NCBI GenBank assembly: GCA_964469295.1
Contig: CAYXYJ010000003.1
Span: 12,595-76,594 of the forward strand
Length of the DNA: 64,000 nt
Direction of reading: 5' to 3'
Source: an uncultured Candidatus Saccharibacteria bacterium
GTDB taxonomy: Bacteria; Patescibacteriota; Minisyncoccia; Phycocordibacterales; UBA918
In this document: positions 18,849 to 28,172 of the stretch, piece after piece
Layout of the letters: each line of letters opens with the position of its first letter
Numbering within the stretch: the stretch's first letter is position 1
Position numbers and translations under genes: made by a program
Notes under the pieces: generated by a model
The model's database searches: none
What the model was told of the DNA's origin: nothing
Seen by the model: only the letters and a program-made list of their open reading frames with translations

Positions 18849-20837
18849 TTGTGGTATAGTATGGCGGACATGGAATCTCCTTACCCGCCGTACGCAGCAA
18901 TGTTAAATAAAGCGCAACGGCAAGCCGTTTTACACTTACACGGACCGCTCCTCGTACTGGCGGGGGCGGGATCGGGTAAAACTCGCGTCATTACACATCG
19001 TATAGTGCATTTAATCCACTCTGGCGTTAATCCTCGGCATATTTTGGCGGTCACATTCACTAACAAAGCGGCCAAAGAAATGCGCGATCGTGTCGAAACG
19101 CTCATTCACACCTATCTCCCCAGTGACCGGTCGAGTATCGACGCTTGGCCCACGGTTACTACCTTTCATGCGCTCGGAGTACGGATTTTACGTGAACACC
19201 ACGATACGCTTGGCTTGCGGCGACACTTTACCATCTATGATCGCAGCGATAGTACGAGAGCCATGAAACTCGCGATTGAACGAGCCAATTACAATCCCAA
19301 AGAATTCGAGCCGAGAAAAATTCTCGGTAAAATTTCACGAGCCAAAGGTGACGCGGTAACTGCTCGCGAATTTTTGGACAACGCATCATCATACCCTGAC
19401 CGCGTTGCCGGTGAATGTTGGATAAAATACGAAGAAATTTTGCGAGGCGAGCAGGCACTTGATTTTGATGATTTGTTGGTAAAAACTTTATTATTACTGC
19501 GTGAATATCCCTATGTCCGAGATATTTTGGTACAACGATATCAATATATTCATATCGACGAATACCAAGACACCAACCGGGTGCAGTTTGAAATTGCTCG
19601 GTTACTCGCTAGCGATCAACAAAACATTTGTGTTGTCGGTGATATTGATCAAAATATTTATTCTTGGCGCGGAGCCGATATAAAAAACGTTTTACAATTT
19701 GAACGGTATTTCCCGACCGCCACCACAATTTTACTCGAGGAAAATTATCGATCTACCAAAACGATTATTGGTGCTTCCAATGATATTATCAGTCGCAATA
19801 AAAACCGGGTTGATAAAACTGTCTTTACAAGTAATGATGACGGTGAAAAAATCACTCTGTACGCTGCCATGAATGGTACCGACGAAGCTGAATATATTGC
19901 CCGTACGGCCGGAACCTTAATCAAAGATGGAGTCGCACCCTCAGCCATTGCGGTCTTATATCGTACTAATTTCCAATCACGGGCGCTTGAGGAGCAGTTT
20001 CTCAACTATGGGGTGGGATACCAACTTCTTGGCACAAAATTTTACGAACGAAAAGAAATAAAAGACGTGTTGTCCTATCTACGATTAGCGGTTAACCCTG
20101 ACAGTATCGGTGATACCGCTCGGATTATTAACGAACCCGCCCGAGGGATTGGAAAAGTCACGTTGTTAAAAATTCTTGAAGGCAAGCGGGCGGAATTAAC
20201 CGGGGCAACCGCCGAGAAAGTAAACCGTTTTTATACGATGATGTCTGACATCACTGACGAAGCTCGCACCAAAGCGCTTTCGGAAACGATTTCATTTATT
20301 ATTAAACGAACGGGCCTCGAAACTGAATTAAAGAAATCTGGCACTGACGAAGATTTATCCCGATTGGAAAACTTGCGGGAGTTAGTGACCATTGCCGCTC
20401 GGTTTGATGAATTGAGCCCCGATGACGCCGTGGCAGCGTTCCTTGAAACCGTGGCGCTTCAGAGTGATCAAGATGAACTGAAAGACAAAACGGAACAAGA
20501 CGCGGTTCGGCTGATGACGATTCATGCCGCCAAAGGACTTGAATTTCCGTATGTATTTATTTGTGGTCTCGAGGAAGGATTGTTTCCGCATGAACGAATT
20601 GACGACGGAGAAATTGACCTAGAAGAAGAACGACGATTATTTTACGTTGCATTAACGCGAGCCGAGAAAAAAATATATCTGACGTATGCGCATATGCGCG
20701 TTATTTATGGCAGTCAAAGAATAAACGTCCCTTCATCGTTTTTAAATGACATTAGCCGAGATTACGTTGAAAGTAGTAATCCTAGGGGGTGGGGCAACAC
20801 GTCGTCGGGGTACGAAACGACAATTTTTTTAGACTAG
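18849..20837 (+). CDS. UvrD/PcrA-family ATP-dependent DNA helicase
   Basis: LLVLAGAGSGKTRVITHRI (Walker A), DEYQDTN, and the remaining SF1 helicase motifs; 662 aa. Confidence 0.9.
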   Translation: MWYSMADMESPYPPYAAMLNKAQRQAVLHLHGPLLVLAGAGSGKTRVITHRIVHLIHSGVNPRHILAVTFTNKAAKEMRDRVETLIHTYLPSDRSSIDAWPTVTTFHALGVRILREHHDTLGLRRHFTIYDRSDSTRAMKLAIERANYNPKEFEPRKILGKISRAKGDAVTAREFLDNASSYPDRVAGECWIKYEEILRGEQALDFDDLLVKTLLLLREYPYVRDILVQRYQYIHIDEYQDTNRVQFEIARLLASDQQNICVVGDIDQNIYSWRGADIKNVLQFERYFPTATTILLEENYRSTKTIIGASNDIISRNKNRVDKTVFTSNDDGEKITLYAAMNGTDEAEYIARTAGTLIKDGVAPSAIAVLYRTNFQSRALEEQFLNYGVGYQLLGTKFYERKEIKDVLSYLRLAVNPDSIGDTARIINEPARGIGKVTLLKILEGKRAELTGATAEKVNRFYTMMSDITDEARTKALSETISFIIKRTGLETELKKSGTDEDLSRLENLRELVTIAARFDELSPDDAVAAFLETVALQSDQDELKDKTEQDAVRLMTIHAAKGLEFPYVFICGLEEGLFPHERIDDGEIDLEEERRLFYVALTRAEKKIYLTYAHMRVIYGSQRINVPSSFLNDISRDYVESSNPRGWGNTSSGYETTIFLD

Positions 20838-20840
20838 GGG

Positions 20841-20883
20841 GAGACCGGGGCGGGCGGCCCTACGGGCCGCCCGCCCCGGTCTC
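20841..20883. terminator. GC-rich perfect palindrome gagaccggggcgggcggccc-tacg-ggccgcccgccccggtctc
   Basis: A 20-bp perfect stem directly after the uvrD stop. Confidence 0.8.
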
Positions 20884-20936
20884 CTCGGTTTGCACCACCC
20901 TAGATACTTTTGGTATGCTGACCATACACAATATAT

Positions 20937-21758
20937 ATGTCTCAGCCAGCAAAAGACGAGGTTTCAGAAAAATTTCAACACAAAAAATCGCTTGGGCAAA
21001 ACTTTCTTACCAGTGATATCGTCCCGAACTGGATGTGCGACGCCGGCACCGTGACTGCCGGAGATACAGTGGTAGAAATTGGGCCAGGCAGTGGCGCGTT
21101 AACAGCGGTACTCCTCGCCCGCGGTGCCATTGTCCACGCGATTGAAACTGACCATCGAGCAGTAGCGCTGCTATCCGACACTTTCCGCACCGCTCTTGTC
21201 ACGGGACAACTTATACTGCACCACGCTGACATGCGTGCATTTGACCTAACAACAATCTCGCTCACAGTACCGTATAAAGTCATCGCTAATATTCCGTATT
21301 TTTTATCTGGGTTTTTGTTACGAACAATGCTCGAAACGACCCCGCCACCAACAACATTGGTATTTTTGATGCAAAAAGAAATGGTAGAGCGTATCACCAA
21401 AGATCCAAAATCATCATTATTGTCATTATCGGTAAAAGTCTACGGCACGCCAAAATACCTAAAAACGGTATCGCGAGGGCATTTTCTCCCCCAACCAAAC
21501 GTCGATTCCGCTATTTTAGCCGTTACGAACATTAGTCACCAACACTTGCCCACTTCAACTGCTCGCGAACACTTTTTTACCTTATTACACCTCGGTCTTG
21601 GTTCAAGACGAAAACAACTTATTGGTTGTCTCGCTCATATATATGAGCGAGATCGTCTCGCAGAAATTCTCGCTACACTAGATAAGCCGATTACCGTCCG
21701 GGGCGAAGATTTATCCGTTACTGACTGGATTACTCTTGCCACGATGCTCTCCAAATAG
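20937..21758 (+). CDS. rsmA: 16S rRNA (adenine1518/1519-N6)-dimethyltransferase
   Basis: KSLGQNFL hallmark, SAM motif VVEIGPGSGALT, and NIPY. Confidence 0.9.
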   Translation: MSQPAKDEVSEKFQHKKSLGQNFLTSDIVPNWMCDAGTVTAGDTVVEIGPGSGALTAVLLARGAIVHAIETDHRAVALLSDTFRTALVTGQLILHHADMRAFDLTTISLTVPYKVIANIPYFLSGFLLRTMLETTPPPTTLVFLMQKEMVERITKDPKSSLLSLSVKVYGTPKYLKTVSRGHFLPQPNVDSAILAVTNISHQHLPTSTAREHFFTLLHLGLGSRRKQLIGCLAHIYERDRLAEILATLDKPITVRGEDLSVTDWITLATMLSK

Positions 21759-21870
21759 TGACGGTCATTCTCTTACGAGAAATATGTCAATCCGAATAAA
21801 AATACCTCGGGTAGTACACAATTCGTTTATAAACGAGTAATTTATGGTTATGCCCTTGCTATACTAAAGA

Positions 21871-22761
21871 GTGATGCAAGTCAGTCGAAAAGTCGCCGGT
21901 GCGTCCATCGTGGGTATGGGGTTGGTTTGTGTTGCATTTGGTATGAATATGCTTTCACACGAACAATTACAAGAACAATCAACCACCAACCCGGCGACGG
22001 TCATCAATACCCCAGCCCGGACATACATTGCGGTCACTGACACAAATGGTAACGGTATCGAAGATTGGCGCGAAGAATTCCTAACCGAAGAACCCATCGT
22101 CATGGCGAGCACCACCACGTTTGTCATGCCAGAGACTATTACCGACCAAGTCGGTATTGATATGTTTGAATCAATGGTGCGCGGCAAAGCGCTTGGTCCA
22201 TTTGCTGATACCGAAACAGAATTAGTCGATACTGCTACTGCCCGCGCGATTAAAGCTGGTACCGATACCATGTATACCGAACGGGATATTGTCACCACTA
22301 ATACCAACAACATTACAGTGCGGGCGTATGGTAACGCCTTAGGACAAAGTGTGGTCGATAACAGCAGTAAATACGGTGACGAACTCGCCATCGTCAACCG
22401 CGCCCTCCAAACCAATAACGGCACTGAGTTAGACAAACTGAACGATATTGCCCTTTCCTATAAAAAACTTCGTGATGAAGCCCTTAATACTCCCGTTCCA
22501 GACCAATTTATTCGGGTCCATCTCGATCTCATCAACACTTATAATGCGATGTATAACACCATTTCCGGCCTCCAATTAGCTGTGAGTGATCCAATGGTGG
22601 CGCTCGTCCGGATCAAACGGTACCAAGATGATGCTCTCGGGTTACAGTATGCCATCAGCAATCTGATCACCGCACTTGATCCCTATAATTCCGTCTTTTA
22701 TGCTGATGACACGGTGATGATACTCGTGGCGCTTGCTGTTATGCACGAAAATAATCTATGA
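21871..22761 (+). CDS. Hypothetical membrane-anchored or secreted protein, first gene of the T4SS-like cluster
   Basis: An N-terminal hydrophobic segment VAGASIVGMGLVCVAFGMNML precedes a hydrophilic domain. Translationally coupled to the next gene. Confidence 0.4.
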   Translation: MMQVSRKVAGASIVGMGLVCVAFGMNMLSHEQLQEQSTTNPATVINTPARTYIAVTDTNGNGIEDWREEFLTEEPIVMASTTTFVMPETITDQVGIDMFESMVRGKALGPFADTETELVDTATARAIKAGTDTMYTERDIVTTNTNNITVRAYGNALGQSVVDNSSKYGDELAIVNRALQTNNGTELDKLNDIALSYKKLRDEALNTPVPDQFIRVHLDLINTYNAMYNTISGLQLAVSDPMVALVRIKRYQDDALGLQYAISNLITALDPYNSVFYADDTVMILVALAVMHENNL

Positions 22762-24092
22762 AATCAATCACCTCAGCGTTCACCATATTCTTAATTGTTT
22801 GCGTTATTGGTACGTCAGTGCACGTGCAAAAGTCGAACGCCTTCTTTTTTGGATTATTGGGTGGGGGCATTGCTAACAATGCCTACCTTGCACAAATTGC
22901 GGCGAACACCCAAATCAGTTCCACCATGGAAAGTGCCCAAAACTCCCGAGAATTGGCCGACACTATCGCCTGGCAAGTGGCCAAACAAATGGTGAGTAAC
23001 ATGACCCGCAGTTTGATTAACTGGATTAATTCAGGGTTTCAAGGGCGACCAGCCTTTATCCAAGATTTAAACCAGTTTCTTATTGACGCACTGGATAACG
23101 TCGCCGGTGAATACATTGCCGAACTGGCGGGCAGCGATTTTATTTGTTCACCGTTTCGACTGGATGTGCAAGCCGCGCTCACTATTAATTATCAACAAGC
23201 CCGCAGTGGCATGCCCTCCGGTGGCGACGAGAGTATGTGTACGGCTACTGGTATCGTGAGTAACATCGAAAATTTCCTCAATGGCACCATTAATAGTTGG
23301 GATGAGTGGCTCACCGTGACCGCCAATCCGCAGAATACTCCATACGGCGCCTACCTTGAAGCCGAAGCCAAATTAAACGCTCGACTGGTTAATGCCGCTG
23401 GTCAAGAAATAGAAATGGCCGACTGGGGTGACGGTTTTATGTCTCAATCTGTTTGTGAACCAGTCGAAGGGGGCGGGGAAACGTGTACGGTATCCACTCC
23501 CGGAACACTCATTAACGAAGCCCTCAGCTTCCAAATCACGACCGGCCCACGATCACTCATCGAAGCGGACGAAGTCAATGAATTAATTGGTGCCTTAGTC
23601 AACCAACTCGCGCTTCAGATGGTTAATGGTATAAATGGATTATTGGGACTCAGTCAACGAAATCCTTCCACTGGCCGATCGTATCTTGACAACGCCGTCG
23701 CGGACGTACCCGATATTGACCTCACCCCTTATCGCACCGAACTTGATGCTGCCCACGCTCGAGAAGTCGCGTTTCTTACCCTGATTGACGCGACCTATGC
23801 CTCAGCGACCGCCAATCATGCCAGTACGAGTAGTAGCACCGTCGCGGGCATAGTGCGAGAACTTGAAACCTTACGTCCCCAAGTTGTCGCCAACATTGCG
23901 TCAACCTCCGCCTTACGTAACCGTTTTATTAATGCGACAAGTAGCACCGGTACGAGCACTGATAGTATCTACCAACGTATCGTTATTGATTTTCTTGCCT
24001 TAAAGAGTAACGGAACCTTACATAGTCAAGCCTATGTCGATAGTCGACGCGAATATTGGCGATTAGTTCTTGACGGTACCGAGGTTGAATAA
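22758..24092 (+). CDS. Hypothetical secreted protein (signal peptide), T4SS-cluster associated
   Basis: MKSITSAFTIFLIVCVIGTSVHV is a signal peptide. Start overlaps the previous stop (ATGA). Confidence 0.4.
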   Translation: MKSITSAFTIFLIVCVIGTSVHVQKSNAFFFGLLGGGIANNAYLAQIAANTQISSTMESAQNSRELADTIAWQVAKQMVSNMTRSLINWINSGFQGRPAFIQDLNQFLIDALDNVAGEYIAELAGSDFICSPFRLDVQAALTINYQQARSGMPSGGDESMCTATGIVSNIENFLNGTINSWDEWLTVTANPQNTPYGAYLEAEAKLNARLVNAAGQEIEMADWGDGFMSQSVCEPVEGGGETCTVSTPGTLINEALSFQITTGPRSLIEADEVNELIGALVNQLALQMVNGINGLLGLSQRNPSTGRSYLDNAVADVPDIDLTPYRTELDAAHAREVAFLTLIDATYASATANHASTSSSTVAGIVRELETLRPQVVANIASTSALRNRFINATSSTGTSTDSIYQRIVIDFLALKSNGTLHSQAYVDSRREYWRLVLDGTEVE

Positions 24093-24219
24093 TTTGCCTA
24101 TCAATTACGTGTTGCTGGGGAGTGGTTTTTGTTACTTATAGACAGTTTTTAGATAAAAAGGAGCCGCAAAACCATCATCACAATGGTATGATAGAACAGA
24201 CACTTGGAGGTCAACTGTT

Positions 24220-26400
24220 ATGTTGTCGCGTCTTTTTGCAAAACCGCTTACCCGCACCATCTGTATTGGGTTTTTTGTCGGAATTTGTTTATTTTTTGTT
24301 GGGACAATCGTCGTTTCGGCCCAAGTTACTCCTAATAGTGACTATCAGGTCGTACAGTGTACAGGTGAGGAATGTTCCAGTGGGCTGCTGAAATGGTTAT
24401 TGGATTTCGTGATTGTGGTATTTGGTAGTTTAGTGGGACTATTCGGTTCTGCTTTTGACTGGTTTATTGGTAATTTTATCATTGATTTTGGCCTTCATTA
24501 TCAATCAAGCAACTTCGGGGCAGTGATTGACGGAGTCTGGTCGACTGTTCGGGATATTTTCAATTTGACTTTTATTTTTGGTCTTATATATATCGGTTTT
24601 CAAATTATTTTGGGTACCAATGATTCTCAGGCCAAAAAAACCATTCCCATGTTGATTTTGGCGGCTCTCCTCGTTAATTTCAGTCTCTTTATTACCAAAT
24701 TTATCGTAGATTTTTCCAATATCGCTGCAGTGGAGGTCTATCAATTATTTGAAAGTTCAGCGAATGCCTATGGTAGTAGCGTTGGTGGCTATGGCGGAGC
24801 CAGTATTTCGCAAGCCTTTATGAATGCCCTCGGTATCTCTTCGCTTTTTGGTCAATTACCAGCCGGAGCAGAGTTGCTCTACATTTTTGGCATGCTGATT
24901 GTGTTTTTAGTCCTTATTTATGTGTTTCTGGCCGGCGCCATTTTAATTGCTATCCGGTTTGCAATGTTATCTTTGTACCTTGTATTTTCACCCGTAATGT
25001 TTATTGGGTGGGTATTTCCAGGATTTAATAAATATCAACAACAATTTTGGAGTGGATTCTTAGGTCAAGCATTTTTTGCTCCGGCGTTTTTATTCATGTT
25101 GTATTTGTCTTACCAAATTGTCTCGACATTTAGCGGAGATACTCACACTAATTTTAATACATTAACTGTTAGCAATGGGAGCACCGTTACGAGTGGATTT
25201 TTGGCGGTAATGCCACTATTTTTAATGACGGTGGTTTTTTTACTCGCTTCTATGGCTGTCGCCAAAGGCATGAGTCGCCAAGGCTCAGAATACGCGGTCA
25301 AAGGCGTTGATTGGATGTACAAAAAGGGAATGGGTGCGGTGAAGGGTGCCGGGCAAGCAGTTTCTTATGTCCCACGTGCTGGTGCACGATATGGAGTTAA
25401 TAAAACTGGCGAATGGAGTGAAAAGAAACTTAATAGTCTGCAAGCACGGGATGGAAAATTAGGTAAACTATTAAGTACAAACGCCGTGGATAAAGCGTTG
25501 AGAGGTGGAACAACAAAAATGCAGAAAGCCGAAATGGGTACGGGTACTACAAACAAAGCCGAGAAGGAATATAGAGCAATTACCACTAACCGTAATGCGG
25601 GTCTACAAGAAAAGAAGTCTCGTGAAGCGGCGATTGCTACCGCCGCGGCGAATTTTGCTGAACTTGATGCGTTACGCAATAAACCAAACCGTACTAATAA
25701 TGAAACAAATCGATTAATTTCTCTTGAAACTGAGGCTGCTCAAGCTCAAAATTATATTAATCAACTTGACAAGGGTGAAATCGAAAAACTCGACAAAACT
25801 ACGCGTAAGGCATACGCAACTAAATTTAATGCCGATCAAATGAAACATATTCTCGATAGCGAGAAAATTACAAATGACGAAAAGGAATCAATTATTGAAG
25901 CCCGAAGAGAGAAAATTAGAAACAACACGACATCACCTGGCAACATCATGAAGTTGACTCGCGACGAACTTGAGACATTGGGATTTGATTGGATGACAAA
26001 TAATGTCCAGAATTTAACACACTCTCAATTTGATGATTATATTAAAAACAATAAAAAACTCACTCCTGAATTAGTTAATTCATTCAAGTCAGTTAGAGAA
26101 TCGAAGATTTTGCAATCCATTGAAGACGGCTCTGCGGGTGGTTTACTGACCGAATTGAAAAAGAAACCAAAAGAATTTGCTCAGTTACCCAAACAAGTTT
26201 TCACAGATAGACGCTATGTAAATATTATCCCTTACCTGACCGTTGGAGTACTTGAACAAATTGCGCACGAGAGAATTCTTGATCAAAATCAACGGTTTGC
26301 TATAAAAGGATTTTTGACTCATGGCGGACGCGGTAGTACCCCAACTGAAGTGATTGCATATTTAAGTTCAGATAAAGGAAAAGAATATTATGGACCATAA
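24220..26400 (+). CDS. Polytopic membrane protein, VirB6/TrbL-like candidate, with long C-terminal coiled-coil extension
   Basis: A signal/TM segment and at least six TM helices fill the first ~350 aa. A ~370-aa charged coiled-coil tail follows. GGAGG RBS 8 nt upstream. The architecture is that of VirB6-like channel subunits, but sequence similarity cannot be verified here. Confidence 0.4.
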   Translation: MLSRLFAKPLTRTICIGFFVGICLFFVGTIVVSAQVTPNSDYQVVQCTGEECSSGLLKWLLDFVIVVFGSLVGLFGSAFDWFIGNFIIDFGLHYQSSNFGAVIDGVWSTVRDIFNLTFIFGLIYIGFQIILGTNDSQAKKTIPMLILAALLVNFSLFITKFIVDFSNIAAVEVYQLFESSANAYGSSVGGYGGASISQAFMNALGISSLFGQLPAGAELLYIFGMLIVFLVLIYVFLAGAILIAIRFAMLSLYLVFSPVMFIGWVFPGFNKYQQQFWSGFLGQAFFAPAFLFMLYLSYQIVSTFSGDTHTNFNTLTVSNGSTVTSGFLAVMPLFLMTVVFLLASMAVAKGMSRQGSEYAVKGVDWMYKKGMGAVKGAGQAVSYVPRAGARYGVNKTGEWSEKKLNSLQARDGKLGKLLSTNAVDKALRGGTTKMQKAEMGTGTTNKAEKEYRAITTNRNAGLQEKKSREAAIATAAANFAELDALRNKPNRTNNETNRLISLETEAAQAQNYINQLDKGEIEKLDKTTRKAYATKFNADQMKHILDSEKITNDEKESIIEARREKIRNNTTSPGNIMKLTRDELETLGFDWMTNNVQNLTHSQFDDYIKNNKKLTPELVNSFKSVRESKILQSIEDGSAGGLLTELKKKPKEFAQLPKQVFTDRRYVNIIPYLTVGVLEQIAHERILDQNQRFAIKGFLTHGGRGSTPTEVIAYLSSDKGKEYYGP

Positions 26401-27061
26401 CATTTCCAACATAAGAATGGATATCATTAAACAGGCCTCTGATAAGGTGCTGTATCTTTATAATCATGTCAGTTTGAGTAATTTTGCTTCAACACTAGAC
26501 AGTGTGTTCCACACAAATGTAGCACAGGATTATACGTTTGATTTGTTGGTTGGCGACATTATTCTCGGATTTTACCGGATTGAAGACACGGTACCACTGT
26601 TACAACAAGAGCTCGGGCTTGATCCAAAAACCGCGGCGTTATTAGGCGCAGAAGTGTTGGAATTTCTGGCACCATTATCTGATCCCAATTGGCAACCACC
26701 AGCTGAAGAAGAAATGGAGGACACGCCCGGCGAAGGGGAGGTCCCTGTAGTCGCTGCTACTGTGCCAGCTTCAACCACCACTGCTACCACCAAAACAACA
26801 GAGACCACTCCAGTCATACCAACCACCCCAACCCCACTCCATACCATGGCGGCGGATATGGCTACATTGCGACAATCGCCAACTCCGGCGCCAAGCTACC
26901 TGGGAGCACCGACCCCGGTCGAAACGGTTTATCGTTCTGAACAACCGCCGTTGCGGCAAACGTTATCTGATTTGCCAACCTATCAATCACCATCGACACC
27001 ACCGGTTCAACCGCCGACTCCAGCCGCATCTGATCGACCACGATGGAGTACTGACTATTAA
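26390..27061 (+). CDS. Hypothetical Pro/Thr-rich protein (cluster-associated)
   Basis: 223 aa with no TM. Overlaps the upstream gene by 11 nt. Confidence 0.35.
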   Translation: MDHNISNIRMDIIKQASDKVLYLYNHVSLSNFASTLDSVFHTNVAQDYTFDLLVGDIILGFYRIEDTVPLLQQELGLDPKTAALLGAEVLEFLAPLSDPNWQPPAEEEMEDTPGEGEVPVVAATVPASTTTATTKTTETTPVIPTTPTPLHTMAADMATLRQSPTPAPSYLGAPTPVETVYRSEQPPLRQTLSDLPTYQSPSTPPVQPPTPAASDRPRWSTDY

Positions 27062-27127
27062 GTGGAGTAAACAGTGGGCGGGCATAGCCCGCCCGCTGTT
27101 TACTATTCCCATGTATAATAAGCGGAC

Positions 27128-27538
27128 ATGCAGTTTGAAACACCACAATTTATTGAAATTGATGATAAAATCTTTGGCCCCTTAACATGGAAACAATTTC
27201 TTTATGTATTTGGTGGTGGCATTATGACCTTGGTGCTTTTTTTCATGGTACCATTTATTGTCTTTTTACTCATTGGGGTACCGATCGCCGCTCTTTCTGC
27301 CGCTTTGGCGTTTTACCCCATTAACAATCGACCTTTCGAGAATTTTCTCGAAGCGATGTTTAATTATTTTAGTCGGCAGCGGCTGTATCACTGGCAACAA
27401 AAGAAGAATGTCGTGTATCGCGATACTGACACCACCAGTGTTCACAATCCTATTCTCACCGATACCCTCATGAAAAAACGCGACATCAGTGCGATTGCCC
27501 GCCGACTGGAAATTGATGCCATTCAAAAGAAACAATAA
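27128..27538 (+). CDS. Small two-TM membrane protein, VirB3/PrgI-like candidate
   Basis: 136 aa. IEIDDKIFGPLTWKQFLYVFGGGIMTLVLFFMVPFIVFLLIGVPIAALSAALAF shows two hydrophobic helices immediately upstream of VirB4, the conserved VirB3-VirB4 order. Confidence 0.4.
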   Translation: MQFETPQFIEIDDKIFGPLTWKQFLYVFGGGIMTLVLFFMVPFIVFLLIGVPIAALSAALAFYPINNRPFENFLEAMFNYFSRQRLYHWQQKKNVVYRDTDTTSVHNPILTDTLMKKRDISAIARRLEIDAIQKKQ

Positions 27539-27543
27539 TTACT

Positions 27544-28167
27544 ATGGCCAATTCTTCTACCGCTACCCAAGATTTTGTTCCAATCCGTGATATCCAAAAC
27601 GGGATGGTGATTCTTAAAAACGGCCAGTTATGCAAAGTCCTCCTCGCTTCATCCATCAATTTTGCGTTGAAATCAAGTGATGAACAACGAGCTATTTTGT
27701 TTCAGTTTCAAAACTTTCTTAACACGTTAGATTTTTCGATACAAATTTACGTCCAGTCACGACGGCTAAATATCGAACCATACATAGCAAACCTTGAAGC
27801 GCTCGAACCTATCCAATACAACGATTTGATGCGAGTGCAGTTGCGTGAATACATTGAATTTATCCGCACGTTTACCACCGAAGTGGACGTCATGAGTAAA
27901 AATTTCTTTCTCGTTATTCCGTACACGGCGCCCCGTATTGATATTAAAAAAAGCGTTGCTAGTGTACTTGGTCGTGGGAAAATTCTGGAAACAAACACTC
28001 TTGAAGAGCAACGGTTGCAACTTGAACAACGACAATCAGTCGTCGAACAAGGATTAAATCGCATTGGTGTTCGTACCATCGAATTAAATACCGACGAATT
28101 GGTCGAGTTGTTCTATCACATATACAACCCCACTGATGTCACCGGCGCCGCGCCTAAGGTACAATAA
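27544..28167 (+). CDS. VirB4/TrbE-family ATPase, N-terminal domain piece (split gene or frameshift)
   Basis: DFVPIRDIQNGMVILKNGQLCKVLLASSINFALKSSDEQRAILFQFQNFLNTLDFSIQIYVQSRRLN matches the conserved N-terminal region of Gram-positive-type VirB4 proteins. It stops 5 nt before the ATPase ORF, which is in another frame. Confidence 0.55.
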   Translation: MANSSTATQDFVPIRDIQNGMVILKNGQLCKVLLASSINFALKSSDEQRAILFQFQNFLNTLDFSIQIYVQSRRLNIEPYIANLEALEPIQYNDLMRVQLREYIEFIRTFTTEVDVMSKNFFLVIPYTAPRIDIKKSVASVLGRGKILETNTLEEQRLQLEQRQSVVEQGLNRIGVRTIELNTDELVELFYHIYNPTDVTGAAPKVQ

Positions 28168-28172
28168 AATGT